64,000 nucleotides of DNA from an uncultured Bacteroidales bacterium. Its GTDB lineage: Bacteria; Bacteroidota; Bacteroidia; Bacteroidales; JAADJA01. Every line of letters begins with the position of its first letter. Position 1 is the stretch's first letter. Under the pieces are notes generated by a model. The model made no database searches. It worked only from the letters and a program-made list of their open reading frames with translations, and had not been told where the DNA came from. This document shows positions 1 through 10,400 of the stretch, piece after piece. A program made the position numbers and the translations under genes. The stretch lies in the NCBI GenBank assembly GCA_963708435.1, contig CAVPSZ010000023.1:72765-136764 (forward strand), in the 5' to 3' direction.

Positions 1-187
1 ATGATCCAATTTCTTTGGCGGCTTTGTTGGATTCGGCAAGAATATCATCAAGCTGCTTTTGGATTTTTCTTCTTGTATCATCGAGTTCAAGTATTTTTTC
101 AATGATTTCAAGATCTTTGAAGTTTTTCACAGAAAGCCGGTCAATAACTTCTTTCTTATTTTCCCTGATATAATTAACCTGCAACAT
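1..187 (-). CDS. serS: seryl-tRNA synthetase, N-terminal fragment (gene runs off the left edge)
   Basis: Own reverse-strand translation from the ATG at 187: MLQVNYIRENKKEVIDRLSVKNFKDLEIIEKILELDDTRRKIQKQLDDILAESNKAAKEIGS. This resembles the conserved start and coiled-coil tRNA-binding arm of SerS. It is absent from the ORF track because the window edge truncates it. Confidence 0.6.
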   Translation of the reverse strand, partial: MLQVNYIRENKKEVIDRLSVKNFKDLEIIEKILELDDTRRKIQKQLDDILAESNKAAKEIGS

Positions 188-245
188 GAATTATGATATA
201 TTTAATGGCAAATGTATACTTTTCAAACAAGAAATCTATTAATCA

Positions 246-281
246 AAAGCAAAATGCCGGTTTCTGTTACCGGCATTTTAT
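246..281 (-). terminator. rho-independent terminator downstream of rpmA
   Basis: Perfect 9-bp stem AATGCCGGT (253-261) / ACCGGCATT (269-277) with a 7-nt loop. A/T runs flank both sides, and on the minus strand the stem is followed by TTTTGCTTTT. Confidence 0.6.
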
Positions 282-339
282 TAAATTTAATAATAATTTT
301 GAAAAAACGTTGAGAGATTCTGTACCCTTTGAACGTTTT

Positions 340-615
340 TTAGTTTACAACTTCTTTGGTTTCAACGGGAATGATATTCACAAAAGACTTATCATCTGTT
401 TTTTTCTTGAATTCAACAGTTCCATCCACCAATGCAAATAAAGTATGGTCTTTACCAATACTGACATTTGAACCGGGGAAATGCTTTGTGCCGCGTTGCC
501 TGAGAATAATATTCCCTGCTTTGGCGAATTGACCACCATATATTTTTACACCTAAACGTTTACTGTGAGATTCTCTTCCGTTCCTTGAACTTCCGACCCC
601 CTTTTTATGTGCCAT
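340..615 (-). CDS. rpmA: 50S ribosomal protein L27
   Basis: The 91-aa ORF begins [29 protein letters not shown]..., the canonical L27 N-terminus. It lies immediately downstream of rplU, the conserved gene order. Confidence 0.95.
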   Translation of the reverse strand: MAHKKGVGSSRNGRESHSKRLGVKIYGGQFAKAGNIILRQRGTKHFPGSNVSIGKDHTLFALVDGTVEFKKKTDDKSFVNIIPVETKEVVN

Positions 616-653
616 GGTTTATAGAATTTTAATTATTAATGATTCAAATTATG

Positions 654-1193
654 TTATGCTTCCGACTTTTCTTCAGGAATTAATCCAGCGTTGTCGACAA
701 TATTATTTTTGATTTCATTTGAAGGTGTTTCATGGGATTTGGCTTTTTTTCTTGTGGGTTCGACCGCCGGCTCTTCTTTAGCTGGAAGATCTTTAGCAAC
801 AGCTTTAGCTTTTTTCACAGGTTTTTCTCCTGCAGCTTCCTTCTTGATTTTTTCTTTTTTTGGCGCTGCAGGCTGTTTCCCATCGGTAAGGATTTCCTCG
901 ATGAGAACTTTACTAAAATATTGTCTGTGTCCATTTTGCTTTTGATATCCTTTTCTCCTTTTTTTATGAAAAACAGTCACTTTTTCACCCTTCAGATGCT
1001 CTACTATTTTTGCCTGGATCATGGCACCGTTAACAGTAGGAGCACCAACAGTAATATTACCGCCCTGGTCCAGTAACAATACTTGGTCGAAGTTCACCGA
1101 AGTGCCTTTATCTCCTTCGAGACGATGAACAAAAATTTCCTGGTTTTTTTCAACCTTAAACTGCTGGCCTGCTATCTCAACTATCGCGTACAT
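654..1193 (-). CDS. rplU: 50S ribosomal protein L21 with a Lys/Ala/Glu/Pro-rich C-terminal extension
   Basis: Begins MYAIVEIAGQQFKVEKNQEIFVHRLEG...KVTVFHKKRRKGYQKQNGHRQ, the L21 core. The ORF is 179 aa, with about 75 extra low-complexity residues (KKEKIKKEAAGEKPVKKAKAVAK...). Confidence 0.9.
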   Translation of the reverse strand: MYAIVEIAGQQFKVEKNQEIFVHRLEGDKGTSVNFDQVLLLDQGGNITVGAPTVNGAMIQAKIVEHLKGEKVTVFHKKRRKGYQKQNGHRQYFSKVLIEEILTDGKQPAAPKKEKIKKEAAGEKPVKKAKAVAKDLPAKEEPAVEPTRKKAKSHETPSNEIKNNIVDNAGLIPEEKSEA

Positions 1194-1229
1194 TGTTTCA
1201 ATATTTAATTATTGTAAAAAAATGGAGTG

Positions 1230-1259
1230 CAAAATTAGAATAATTTTTTATTCCGCAAA
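1230..1259 (-). promoter_or_regulatory. candidate Bacteroidota sigma-A promoter for rplU-rpmA
   Basis: The minus strand reads TTTG (1259-1256), an 18-nt spacer, then TAATTTTG (1237-1230). This fits the -33 TTTG / -7 TAnnTTTG consensus. It sits 36 nt upstream of the rplU ATG. Confidence 0.4.
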
Positions 1260-1269
1260 TGATTTCTTT

Positions 1270-1300
1270 AAAAAAAAAGCCGGGTGGTATCTTCCCGGCT
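1270..1300 (-). terminator. rho-independent terminator of the beta-helix gene
   Basis: Stem AGCCGGG (1278-1284) / CCCGGCT (1294-1300). On the minus strand it is followed by a run of nine T (the A9 tract at 1270-1278). Confidence 0.65.
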
Positions 1301-1404
1301 TTAAAGAACTACATAAATGAAAGGATGAGATTAAGTTTGTTCGAATCTCATTTGTCTTAATACACTATTCAACTTATTTATTATTACTAATTTCCATAAG
1401 GAAT

Positions 1405-3009
1405 TTACTTCTTGATTATTTTTCTGACTTCTTTTTTCATCTCATTTGAGGTCAGCTGTAAAATATATACCCCTGGGTTTAAATCAGAAATATTTAATTC
1501 ATTCATCCCGGTGTCAATATCCTGAGTTAATAAAACTGTCCCGGAAAGATTGGTTAAAACCAATTTATTATATCCGAAAACATTAGCAACCCTGACAAAA
1601 TCATGAGCAGGATTTGGATAAATTTCAAAATCAGAATCCAAACTTATATTATTCAATGATGTATAAATTCCCTGGTCAAAATAGAATGCACCCATATCAC
1701 TCAATGTTCCGTCAGGATCTTCCGTTGAGTCGGGATCACCGGAATCAATGCAAGGCGATTTGGTGGTATTTTCTTCAGGGAAACTTGTCCATGAAAGATT
1801 ATAATTGTTATTAAGCGGATCGGTAAATAAAGGATCTGCATCTATATTTCCAATTCCTGGAAAGCCTCCTTTGATATCCGAGAAACTGATGACTGGAAAT
1901 AATGAAAATGCTTCAATTTCCGAACCTATATTATCATAAATGATTGAGTTGTGAACTACACTTGCAGGCGCAAAAATGGTATTAAATAATAAACCGCTAC
2001 CTGAAATACCGGCTATATTACCAGAAACAGTTGAATTATATAGGTTTATAGTGCCGTTATTTATAAAGGCTCCGCCGCCCTGGTGACCTGAAATATTTTT
2101 TGCAATCAGACCGGACTTAATTGAAATAACGGAAAAGAAACTCCCAAATATAGCCCCGCCATTATTGGCAGAAGAATTGCCGATTAACACAACATTGTAC
2201 ATCTGACAGCTTGCCATTCCGCAATATATTCCACCTCCGTCAACAGCCTGGTTATTTTCAATAGTAATATTTTCAAAATATACGATGGCATCATTATTTA
2301 AATAAGCACCGCCACCGCTTGAAGATGATTTATTGTTGGATATTTTACCGTTAATGAAGGAAGTAATAAGATAACCTGATCCATTCCCATTTATAGAAAT
2401 TCCCGAACCTTTATTATTTTTTACTGTGAAGTTCGATATCTGAGGGGATGAACTATTTAAAGCTAATCCGTCAGAATTATTATCTCTTATAACCGTGCTG
2501 GTAATCCTGATATCGGAAAAATCATTTAAAAGTAACCCGGAGGCTTTGTTGTAACGGATTTCGGAATCTCTGATACTTAATAAAGGATAATAAAGACAAA
2601 TGATCCCATTGAATTTGCTGTATTCAATATTACAATAAGCCATTATTGAACTATCGGGAAATCCGTAGTTCATACCGTTAAATAATAGTCCTGACCATCC
2701 GGAGTAATTGTTTTGGCTGTAACCAGTAGTATCGAAAAATGTAAAGGTTATACTATCTGACACAGTTCCCGTAGCATCCAGTTTCCCTTGTAGTTCAAAT
2801 CCATATTGCCCCTGAAAAATCACCTGGACACCAGGCCATATTCTTAACCGCTGGTCAGAAGGTAAATGGATATCCCCCTGAATCAAATAAGGGCTTCCAC
2901 TCAAAAACCAATCGCCAAAAACAGGCCCAGATTGAACGAATGTTTGAGAATTAAGAATTGTAGTAGAGGGCAGAATGAAGATCATTAAAATTAGAATTCT
3001 CGCTTTCAT
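1405..3009 (-). CDS. secreted right-handed parallel beta-helix repeat protein with T9SS C-terminal sorting domain
   Basis: N-terminal signal peptide (MKARILILMIFILPSTTILNSQ). Repeated N/G/S/I-rich ~22-aa turns typical of PbH1 beta-helix. The C-terminus (FEIYPNPAHDFVRV...LNPGVYILQL...KIIKK) is Por_Secre_tail-like. Confidence 0.7.
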   Translation of the reverse strand: MKARILILMIFILPSTTILNSQTFVQSGPVFGDWFLSGSPYLIQGDIHLPSDQRLRIWPGVQVIFQGQYGFELQGKLDATGTVSDSITFTFFDTTGYSQNNYSGWSGLLFNGMNYGFPDSSIMAYCNIEYSKFNGIICLYYPLLSIRDSEIRYNKASGLLLNDFSDIRITSTVIRDNNSDGLALNSSSPQISNFTVKNNKGSGISINGNGSGYLITSFINGKISNNKSSSSGGGAYLNNDAIVYFENITIENNQAVDGGGIYCGMASCQMYNVVLIGNSSANNGGAIFGSFFSVISIKSGLIAKNISGHQGGGAFINNGTINLYNSTVSGNIAGISGSGLLFNTIFAPASVVHNSIIYDNIGSEIEAFSLFPVISFSDIKGGFPGIGNIDADPLFTDPLNNNYNLSWTSFPEENTTKSPCIDSGDPDSTEDPDGTLSDMGAFYFDQGIYTSLNNISLDSDFEIYPNPAHDFVRVANVFGYNKLVLTNLSGTVLLTQDIDTGMNELNISDLNPGVYILQLTSNEMKKEVRKIIKK

Positions 3010-3310
3010 GTAGTTCTTTTTTAATTATTTGAGGATACAGATACCACTCAACTCCTCAAATTTTTTATTTAATTACTTACCTTGATGATTTTGGGATTGT
3101 CAAAAACTATGCAAGGTCAAGGATAGATTATAGAAAATGCGAAAATCTTTACAAAGCTATATTTGTAATTAACTAAATAATAGGTATTTGCGAATGGAAA
3201 AGTTTGTTATTAAAAAATGCGGATTACCCAAAGAAACGAAAAAATTAAAATTTAATTTGTTTCATTTTGGGAATAAACCCTATAAGAATTTCCAAAATTT
3301 CGACAGGAAA

Positions 3311-4919
3311 TTAATTTCCAGTGGTCAAGTGGGTGAAATTAAAATCATCTTCAATAACTTCAATTGCTTTCTGAAATCCTTCATCAATTTGGGTCATTAC
3401 CTGAAAGTAAGATTTAAATTCAAAAAGGTTCCGGGCAATTAAAGCTTTGATTTGAAATTTAATGATATCTCCAGACAGGACCAGATCTTCAGGTGTGACA
3501 TCAAGTCCCTTAGTTTTAGCGTACTCTACGAACCGGGCAAGAAAGGCAGTTTCAATCTGAAAATTGCTATCGAAAATATTAAAATCAGGGTAAAGCTTTT
3601 TAAGGTTTTTTCGTTCGATTTCCATATATTCCAGGACAAAATCATTGAAAACACCTTTACTTAAAAGATCAACATAAAAATCAGTATATTTTGTGGAATC
3701 CCACGGAACAAAAACATCTGGCATGATGCCACCCCCGCCATATACAATTCTGTTGTTTGGAGTATAAAACAATAAGGAATCAGGAAAATCGATTTTACTT
3801 GCACTCGTAAGTTCTCCTTTTTCAAGACGTTTAAGCAGGTCTTTATAATAGGTTTCATAGCCCTCGCTATATGGCTTTTGAATACATCTTCCTGTAGGTG
3901 TATAATATCTTGCAACCGTTAGCCGGATAACCGAACTATCAGGTAAATAATATGGCCTCTGGACAAGCCCCTTCCCAAAAGATCGTCTTCCAACCACAAT
4001 TCCCCTGTCAAGATCTTGTATTGCGCCAGCAACAATTTCGCTTGCTGAAGCAGAGCCTTCATCAATTAATACGATCAATTTCCCTTCCTCGAATTCGCCT
4101 CTGAAAGTAGATTTATATTTACGCTGGGGGCTGGAATACCCCTCGGTGAGAGAGAACAACATTTCCTTGTGGTATAAACTCATCCGTAAGATCAACTGCA
4201 ACATCCAGGTATCCTCCTGAATTTCCCCTCAGGTCGAGAATCAGGTCTTTCATGCCCTTATCCTTTAATTCCCCCAGTGCCATTCGGAATTCATCCATGG
4301 ATGTTCTTGCAAAACGATTCAGCTTTATATACCCTATCTGAGGACCTGCCATAAATGCCGCATCTATACTGTTGATAGGAATCCTGTCACGAACAATTGT
4401 ATAATCAATAGGTTTGATTCTCCCGGTGCGATAAATGGTTAAAATTACTTTAGTTCCTTTGTCTCCCCTTAGTTTTTTAAACACATAATTATCATCAATT
4501 AATTTCCCTGTTGAATTTTCGCCATCGATTGATATAATTTTATCACCGGCCAAAATACCCAGCCTTTCGCCGGTCCTCCGGGAACAGGAGCTATCACCAA
4601 TATGGTATCCCTGTGAATCTGAAAAGAAATTCCTATTCCCTCAAATTCTCCCTCAAGGGGTTCATTGGTCTTAATTAAATCTTTCTTTGAAATATATTGT
4701 GAGTGCGGATCAAGTTCTTTGAGTATTGCATATTATGGCTTTTTCAACTAAACCCTGCTCTGAAACAGAATCGACATAAGCAAAATTGATTATTTGCAGA
4801 ACCGAAGCAAATTTTTGGGTCGTAGATTTTGGATCTTGTTCCTGGGCGTATCCAATAGTAATACCTGTCAGAAAAATCTGAAGAAAAACCAAAAAACCGT
4901 GAACTGAAAATGCCTTCAT
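3311..4919 (-). pseudogene. ctp: S41 C-terminal processing (tail-specific) peptidase, split by at least 3 frameshifts
   Basis: Four collinear pieces: signal peptide and N-terminus (4710-4919); an unlisted frame reading ...YAILKELDPHSQYISKKDLIKTNEPLEGEFEGIGISFQIHRDTILVIAPVPGGP (about 4570-4730); PDZ plus [11 protein letters not shown] (4119-4553); catalytic DEGSASASE...FGKGLVQ (3311-4204). Frame breaks are near 4730, 4569 and 4175. Confidence 0.8.
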
Positions 4920-5298
4920 AATTATAAACCCATCATCAATACTTTGGAATTCCCATTAAAAATAATTATTTAAGATTTTATGTTCAATCATACCTGCCCA
5001 TCCTGTCATCAAAATTAATCCATATTTTAAGGATATTAATGAAAATGATCATGCTTAAACTGTTATCTGTCCTCAGCCGAATATCAGGCTGCTGTTAGCC
5101 TGTAATCAAATTTTTCTAATGATTCAATTGATACTCTGCTTTAAAAAATCAAACCGAACCGGTCATTAACAATGCTCTTATACGGTAAATATTTTTTTTC
5201 AGATTAAATTTTTGAAATTTATTTCAGATAGGTTGCTTATACTTGATATGATGATGCAGGTACTTAAAAGGATTTAAGAATAAATCAATAAGAGCCAC

Positions 5299-6072
5299 CT
5301 AAAAATCTTCACAAGCGCCTAATCCGAACAAGGCAAAATCATATTTTACAGGATCCAGAGGATCGAAAGTCCTTAATTTTGAGGTTAACTCTTCTACTGA
5401 TTTCCAATCGTTGGAATTTCTATTCAATAAACCGAGTTTCCGGCCAATTCTGCCTGTATGAACATCCAGCGGACAATAAAGCATAGATGCCGGAATGGAT
5501 TGCCAAAGGCCAAAGTCAATGCCCCTTTTATCATTTCGAACCATCCACCGGAGGAACATATTCAATCTTTTTGCGGAAGAGTTTTTCAATGGATTGGAGA
5601 GATGTTTTTCAACATGACTGGGGTGTCTTAATTCAAGAAAAAGCCTTCTGAAATCAACAATGCTTTCTTTCATCGTTTTTCCTGAAGAAATCGGGTTCGT
5701 GAAGATATTCTCCAATCCTCCATGCTTATTATAAATATTTTTTAATGATTCCACAAAATAGATACAATCCATTCCATTAAAGGTGCGATGAAAAAATTTA
5801 CCGCATTGCATGATTTCTTTGTTACTGGAATATTTGATAAATTGCCAGGGCGAATCATCCATAAGTTTCATGAGTTGGTGAGCACTATTGATGATTGATT
5901 TTCTTTTTCCCCAGGAAATAACTGAGGTGAGAAAGGCGGCTATCTCAATATCTTCTTTCTGGCCGAATCTGTGAGGAATCGAAATGGGATCATCACTGAT
6001 GTATTCAGGTCGGTTATACTGATCGTATTTAAAATCCAGAAAAATTTTTAAATCTTCATTCGTAAGCTTCAT
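5299..6072 (-). CDS. TIGR02757 (DUF2400) family protein
   Basis: 257 aa. The sequence MKLTNEDLKIFLDFKYDQYNRPEYISDDPISIPHRF...CPLDVHTGRIGRKLGLL...YDFALFGLG matches the conserved pattern of this family as I recall it. Confidence 0.65.
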   Translation of the reverse strand: MKLTNEDLKIFLDFKYDQYNRPEYISDDPISIPHRFGQKEDIEIAAFLTSVISWGKRKSIINSAHQLMKLMDDSPWQFIKYSSNKEIMQCGKFFHRTFNGMDCIYFVESLKNIYNKHGGLENIFTNPISSGKTMKESIVDFRRLFLELRHPSHVEKHLSNPLKNSSAKRLNMFLRWMVRNDKRGIDFGLWQSIPASMLYCPLDVHTGRIGRKLGLLNRNSNDWKSVEELTSKLRTFDPLDPVKYDFALFGLGACEDF

Positions 6073-6088
6073 TTTCGAATTAATTAAC

Positions 6089-6163
6089 CACCCATCCGCA
6101 AGCGGATGGGGAATCTTGGCGGAACGTATATTTTACTAACCTGCCGAAGGGCAGGAGTTCGGC
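6089..6163. repeat. GC-rich double-hairpin intergenic repeat (REP-like), copy 1
   Basis: Two hairpins: CCATCCGC-AA-GCGGATGG and CTGCC-GAAG-GGCAG. The reverse complement aligns with 53699-53722 and 53795-53830 (CGAACTnCTGCCCT..CGG.CAGG and GTTCCGCCAAGATnCCCCnTCCGnTnGCGGA). Confidence 0.6.
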
Positions 6164-6202
6164 TAAATTATTTTGTTACTTAAAATTATAGTCTCATTAA
6201 TT

Positions 6203-7222
6203 TTAAAATTGACTTCTTGCATAAGGTACTACCCGCTGATCAGTAAAAACCTTTTGTAAATACTTATAATATCCTGCAATGGCAATCATTGCAGCATTGT
6301 CAGTGGTAAATTGAAATTCGGGTATGTACACTTTCCATTGAAGGGTTTCTCCGGTTTCTATCAACTTTTTTCTCATTTGTGAATTAGCTGAAACACCACC
6401 AGCTACTGCAATCTCCTTAATCCCGGTTTGTAAGACCGAGGCCAACAGTTTATCCAAAAGTATTTCAATAATAACATGTTGCACTGATGCAGATAAATCA
6501 TGAATGTTTTTCTCTATAAACCCTGCATCTTTTTTTAATTCATCTCTTATGAAATAGAGAAAAGAGGTTTTAAGTCCACTGAAACTGAAATCAAGGCCAG
6601 AAATTTTTGGTTTGGGGAAATTATATTTTTTGGGATTCCCTTCCTTTGCTAGACGGTCGATGACCGGACCACCGGGATAAGGTAAGCCCATTATTTTGGC
6701 AGCTTTGTCGAATGCTTCCCCTGCGGCATCATCAATCGTTCTGCCAATGATTTCAGAATGCAGGTAATCATGCATTAACACAATTTGAGTGTGACCGCCT
6801 GAAATAGTCAGGCACAAAAAGGGAAAAGAGGGTGTCTGCTTTGATCCTTTTTCATTTTGGATGAAATGAGCAAGGATATGTGCCTGCATGTGATCAACTT
6901 CAATAAGCGGAATATTTAATCCTAAAGCAAAGGATTTGGCGAAAGATGTTCCAACTATTAGAGAACCAAGTAAACCTGGTCCCCGGGTAAAAGCTATTGC
7001 ACTTAATTGTTGTTTGTCCACTCCGGCTGTTTTTAATGCAGTATCAACAACAGGAATAATATTTTGCTGGTGAGCCCTTGAAGCAAGCTCCGGGACTACA
7101 CCACCATATTTATAATGGACTTCCTGATTTGCAATAATGTTGGCAAGAATCTTGTTATTTTCAAGTACAGCTGCGGAAGTATCATCGCAGGATGACTCGA
7201 TTCCCAATATATATGTTGTCAT
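6203..7222 (-). CDS. tsaD: tRNA N6-adenosine threonylcarbamoyltransferase
   Basis: 339 aa. ILGIESSCDDTSAAV...VPELASRAHQ...GPGLLGSLIVG...ISGGHTQ...AGGVSAN are the Kae1/TsaD signature blocks. Confidence 0.92.
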   Translation of the reverse strand: MTTYILGIESSCDDTSAAVLENNKILANIIANQEVHYKYGGVVPELASRAHQQNIIPVVDTALKTAGVDKQQLSAIAFTRGPGLLGSLIVGTSFAKSFALGLNIPLIEVDHMQAHILAHFIQNEKGSKQTPSFPFLCLTISGGHTQIVLMHDYLHSEIIGRTIDDAAGEAFDKAAKIMGLPYPGGPVIDRLAKEGNPKKYNFPKPKISGLDFSFSGLKTSFLYFIRDELKKDAGFIEKNIHDLSASVQHVIIEILLDKLLASVLQTGIKEIAVAGGVSANSQMRKKLIETGETLQWKVYIPEFQFTTDNAAMIAIAGYYKYLQKVFTDQRVVPYARSQF

Positions 7223-7424
7223 TAATTATATTCGTTGTTTATAGTATATTTTACACAATTCATTGTTGGTAAAATATCGATTAATATTAATAATGCTTAA
7301 AATAGTTTCTGAATTTCGTAACATGGGAAAATATATTCAATATTAAAATAACAAAGTTATCAAAAATAGGATTCTTAAAATTGCTGTTATTTTTCTGACC
7401 TCAGTAATTACATTATTTTTTGTA

Positions 7425-10400
7425 ATGGTGATCCTGATGAAGAATCCTTTTGTCCAAACAGTACTTGCCCGTGCAGCTGCAAACTACCTTGAAACCAAAT
7501 TGAACACTACATTAAAAATTGCCCGACTGGAGTTCAATCCTTTCAGGCGGATATCTCTTAATAACGTGCTTATCATGGATCAGCAACAGGATACTTTGCT
7601 CTACACTAAAGAACTTAAGGTTGGATGGAAAAAACTGAGTTTAAAAAATCCTGGGTTTGAACTAAAATCCATCTTTATTAATAATGCTGATATTCGGCTG
7701 AAAAAATATAAAAATACAACCGACTTAAATTATTCATTCATTCTCGATTATTTTAGCAGCGGAAAAGAATTATCGACTGACTCATCACAAAAAGAGCCAT
7801 CATCGCTTAGCTTCTTCCTGGAAAAAATAAATATCATTAATTGCAGGTTCATATTTGAAGATCAAAACGACACTGCAACCACTGAAGAGATCAATTTTTC
7901 TGATATTGATCTTATGATTCACAACTTCGAAACAGGTAATCTATCTGTCAATGGCGATTCAATTAAGGCTGACATCAGGCATTTGTCGTTTCAGGAAAAA
8001 AGCGGTTTCAGGGTCGACAGTCTTTCAGGTAAAATTATTTTTTGCCCGTCACTTTTACAGGCAGCAAACCTGCTTGTCAGGACACAAAACAATGATTTAA
8101 ACCTTGATGTGATATTTGCTTACGGTTCTATGGTTAGCTTTAATGACTTTATTCACAGTGTAAACATTCAGGCTAACATCCGGCCTTCTATCCTGAATTT
8201 ATACGATGTCGGTTACTTCGCTCCAATTTTGTTTGAACTGGATAATAAAACATTTGTGGAGGGTAAGATTTCAGGAACAGTTGACAACTTCAAAACCCGT
8301 GACTTTAAATTTTCCTTTGGGAATGAAACTCATTTTAATGGTAATATACAAATGAATGGGTTACCTGATTTTTTTGAAACATTTATTCACCTTTCCATCA
8401 TTGATTTTAATACTTCTGCCAGCGATATTGTCATGTTCAACCTACCCATTGAATCTAACCGCATTCAACTTCCCGAATTTCTGAACAAGCTGGGTGTTAT
8501 CAATATTAATGGAAAGTTTACCGGTTTCTATAATGATTTTGTATCGTATGGAAATTTTAAGTCCGATTTGGGCCAAATGAATACAGACCTTCTTTTTAAG
8601 TTCAAGGACAAAGATAATATTGAATACAAAGGAAATATCGCCACGAAGGATCTTAGAGTTGGAACCATATTTGAAATAGAAACCTACCTCAACAACCTGA
8701 CTTTAAAAGCCGAAGTCAAAGGACATGGTCTTGACTTTGAAACAATGGACCTCACAGCTAACGGAGTAATTCAATCTATAGATTTTTACAACAACAATTA
8801 TAAAGAAATTGATATTTCGGGAAACCTAAGAGATAAAAAATTCAATGGAACTGTTAATATAAATGATGAGCTTATAAAACTTGGATTTAAAGGAATCATT
8901 GATTATAGCCAAATGATCCCAGCTTATAAGTTTCTCGCAATTGTTGACAGTGCACAATTAAATAAAATGAACCTGATCAATAAAGACTCCTCAATTTATT
9001 TGTCCACCAAAATAAACATAGATTTATCAGGCAATCAATTCGATAATTTATTGGGCATTGTTCAATTGGATAGCACGATTTTAATTGAGAATGGCAATTC
9101 TCATATAATGAATAACTTTTCATTGAGTTTTTCCCGCAACGGACCGGATGAATCCAAAATTAATCTTACTTCTGATCTTGCAGATTTATCAATGGAGGGG
9201 AAATTTACCTTCAAAGACTTACCCTATTTTGCCAATAAATTTATTAACCGGTATATCGATACCGTATTTGTTGACTTGCCTGCAAATGAATCGATAGACA
9301 ACCAGGATTTTTCATTTGAATTACAATTTAAAAATGCTGATCCTTTAACAAGTTTAATTATTCCTCAGCTAAAAATATCCAAAGGAACTATTATTAAAGG
9401 CGGGTATAAGTCCAATGAAGATGACTTATTTTTTGATTTGGGTTCCGATGAAATTTCATATAAAAGTATCAGTTTTTGCCACCTCGATGTGCGGGTTTTA
9501 GTTCAGAATGATGACCTTATAATGAAAACATCTACCGGTCATCTTTATGTTTCAGACTCCCTGTCATTTGATAGCATTAATTGCTCATTTGCTGCAGGAA
9601 GAGATTCTCTGTTTTATGATGTAAATTGGAATAATAGGCGTTGGGAAGCTCCAAATTATGGCAATCTGGATGGTCATATTCTTTTTTATTCTCCAAAAGA
9701 TATGGTTTTTCAGGTAGATGAAGGTAAGATAGTAGTTAATGATACCGTCTGGGAATTTGAACCGGCAAGTTATATAAGTATTGACAGTTCAAGCCTGGAT
9801 TTTAAAAATTTTGGACTGAAGTGTACTAATCAGGGAATGATAGTTAACGGTAAGATTTCATCTGATCCGGCTGACACATTGATCCTTAAATTTGATCGGT
9901 TTAATTTATCCAATACTGATCTCTTTTTAAAAAATTCAGGTATTGATCTTGACGGTTTTCTTGACGGGAATTTAAGCATTGTAAATTTCTATAAAACGCC
10001 AAATTACCTCGCCGACATGTCAATATCGCAATTAGGGTTCAATAAGGAAAAACTTGGTGAAGCTATTATCAGAAGTGATTGGATTCCGCAAAACGAAGCC
10101 TTCAATATTCTGGCCCAAATAATTTATGAGGGTAATGTCGCAAAACATACAACCCTCGAAGTTATAGGAACTTACTATCCGAAAAAAAAGAACAATAACT
10201 TCGATATCAATATCAGGCTGGATAATTACAAGCTTCACACCCTGGCGCCTTTCATCAGGGATTTCAGTTCAAAAATTGAAGGACTTGCATCGGGTAATTT
10301 GAAGTTATTTGGCTCCACAAAGGAGCCTGAACTGGCAGGGAGTCTGAACATTATGCGAACGAATATGAAAATTGATTATCTCAACGTCATCTATTCCCTG

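Noticed and set aside
193-441. Plus-strand 82-aa ORF spanning the serS-rpmA intergenic region.
   Set aside because: It runs through the rpmA terminator hairpin and antisense into rpmA. It shows no conservation signal.
691-1076. Plus-strand ORFs 691-945 and 732-1076, along with many similar antisense ORFs (for example 21478-21963, 45225-45449, 46545-46976, 47068-47445, 55346-55675, 56413-56715, 60358-60999, 63232-63645).
   Set aside because: They lie entirely antisense to strongly supported minus-strand genes. They have low-complexity or repeat-mirroring compositions and no recognisable motifs. They are shadow ORFs.
1327-1350. tRNA-like TTCGAATC motif (gtttgTTCGAATctcat).
   Set aside because: The flanks do not form a 5-bp T-stem, and no acceptor, D or anticodon arms can be drawn. 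It is only a GAGATT/AATCTC hairpin.
3028-3066. Terminator-like hairpin TTTGAGGA-N17-TCCTCAAA followed by T6 on the plus strand.
   Set aside because: No plus-strand gene lies upstream of it. On the minus strand, where the genes are, it lacks a T tract. It may be incidental or part of the beta-helix gene's 5' leader.
4920-5298. The 380-bp gap upstream of ctp as a possible ncRNA or small-gene locus (for example the 11-codon ORF MFNHTCPSCHQN and the CAGGCT/AGCCTG hairpin).
   Set aside because: There are only weak hairpins and a tiny ORF without a start context. I could not tie anything here to a known RNA family by eye.
7344-7346. Stop-codon reassignment (TAA read-through) as the explanation for the in-frame stop in tamB and for some broken genes.
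   Set aside because: TAA, TAG and TGA all terminate well-supported full-length genes in this window at the expected positions (for example rpmA, tsaD and pabA). The disrupted genes need frame changes, not read-through.
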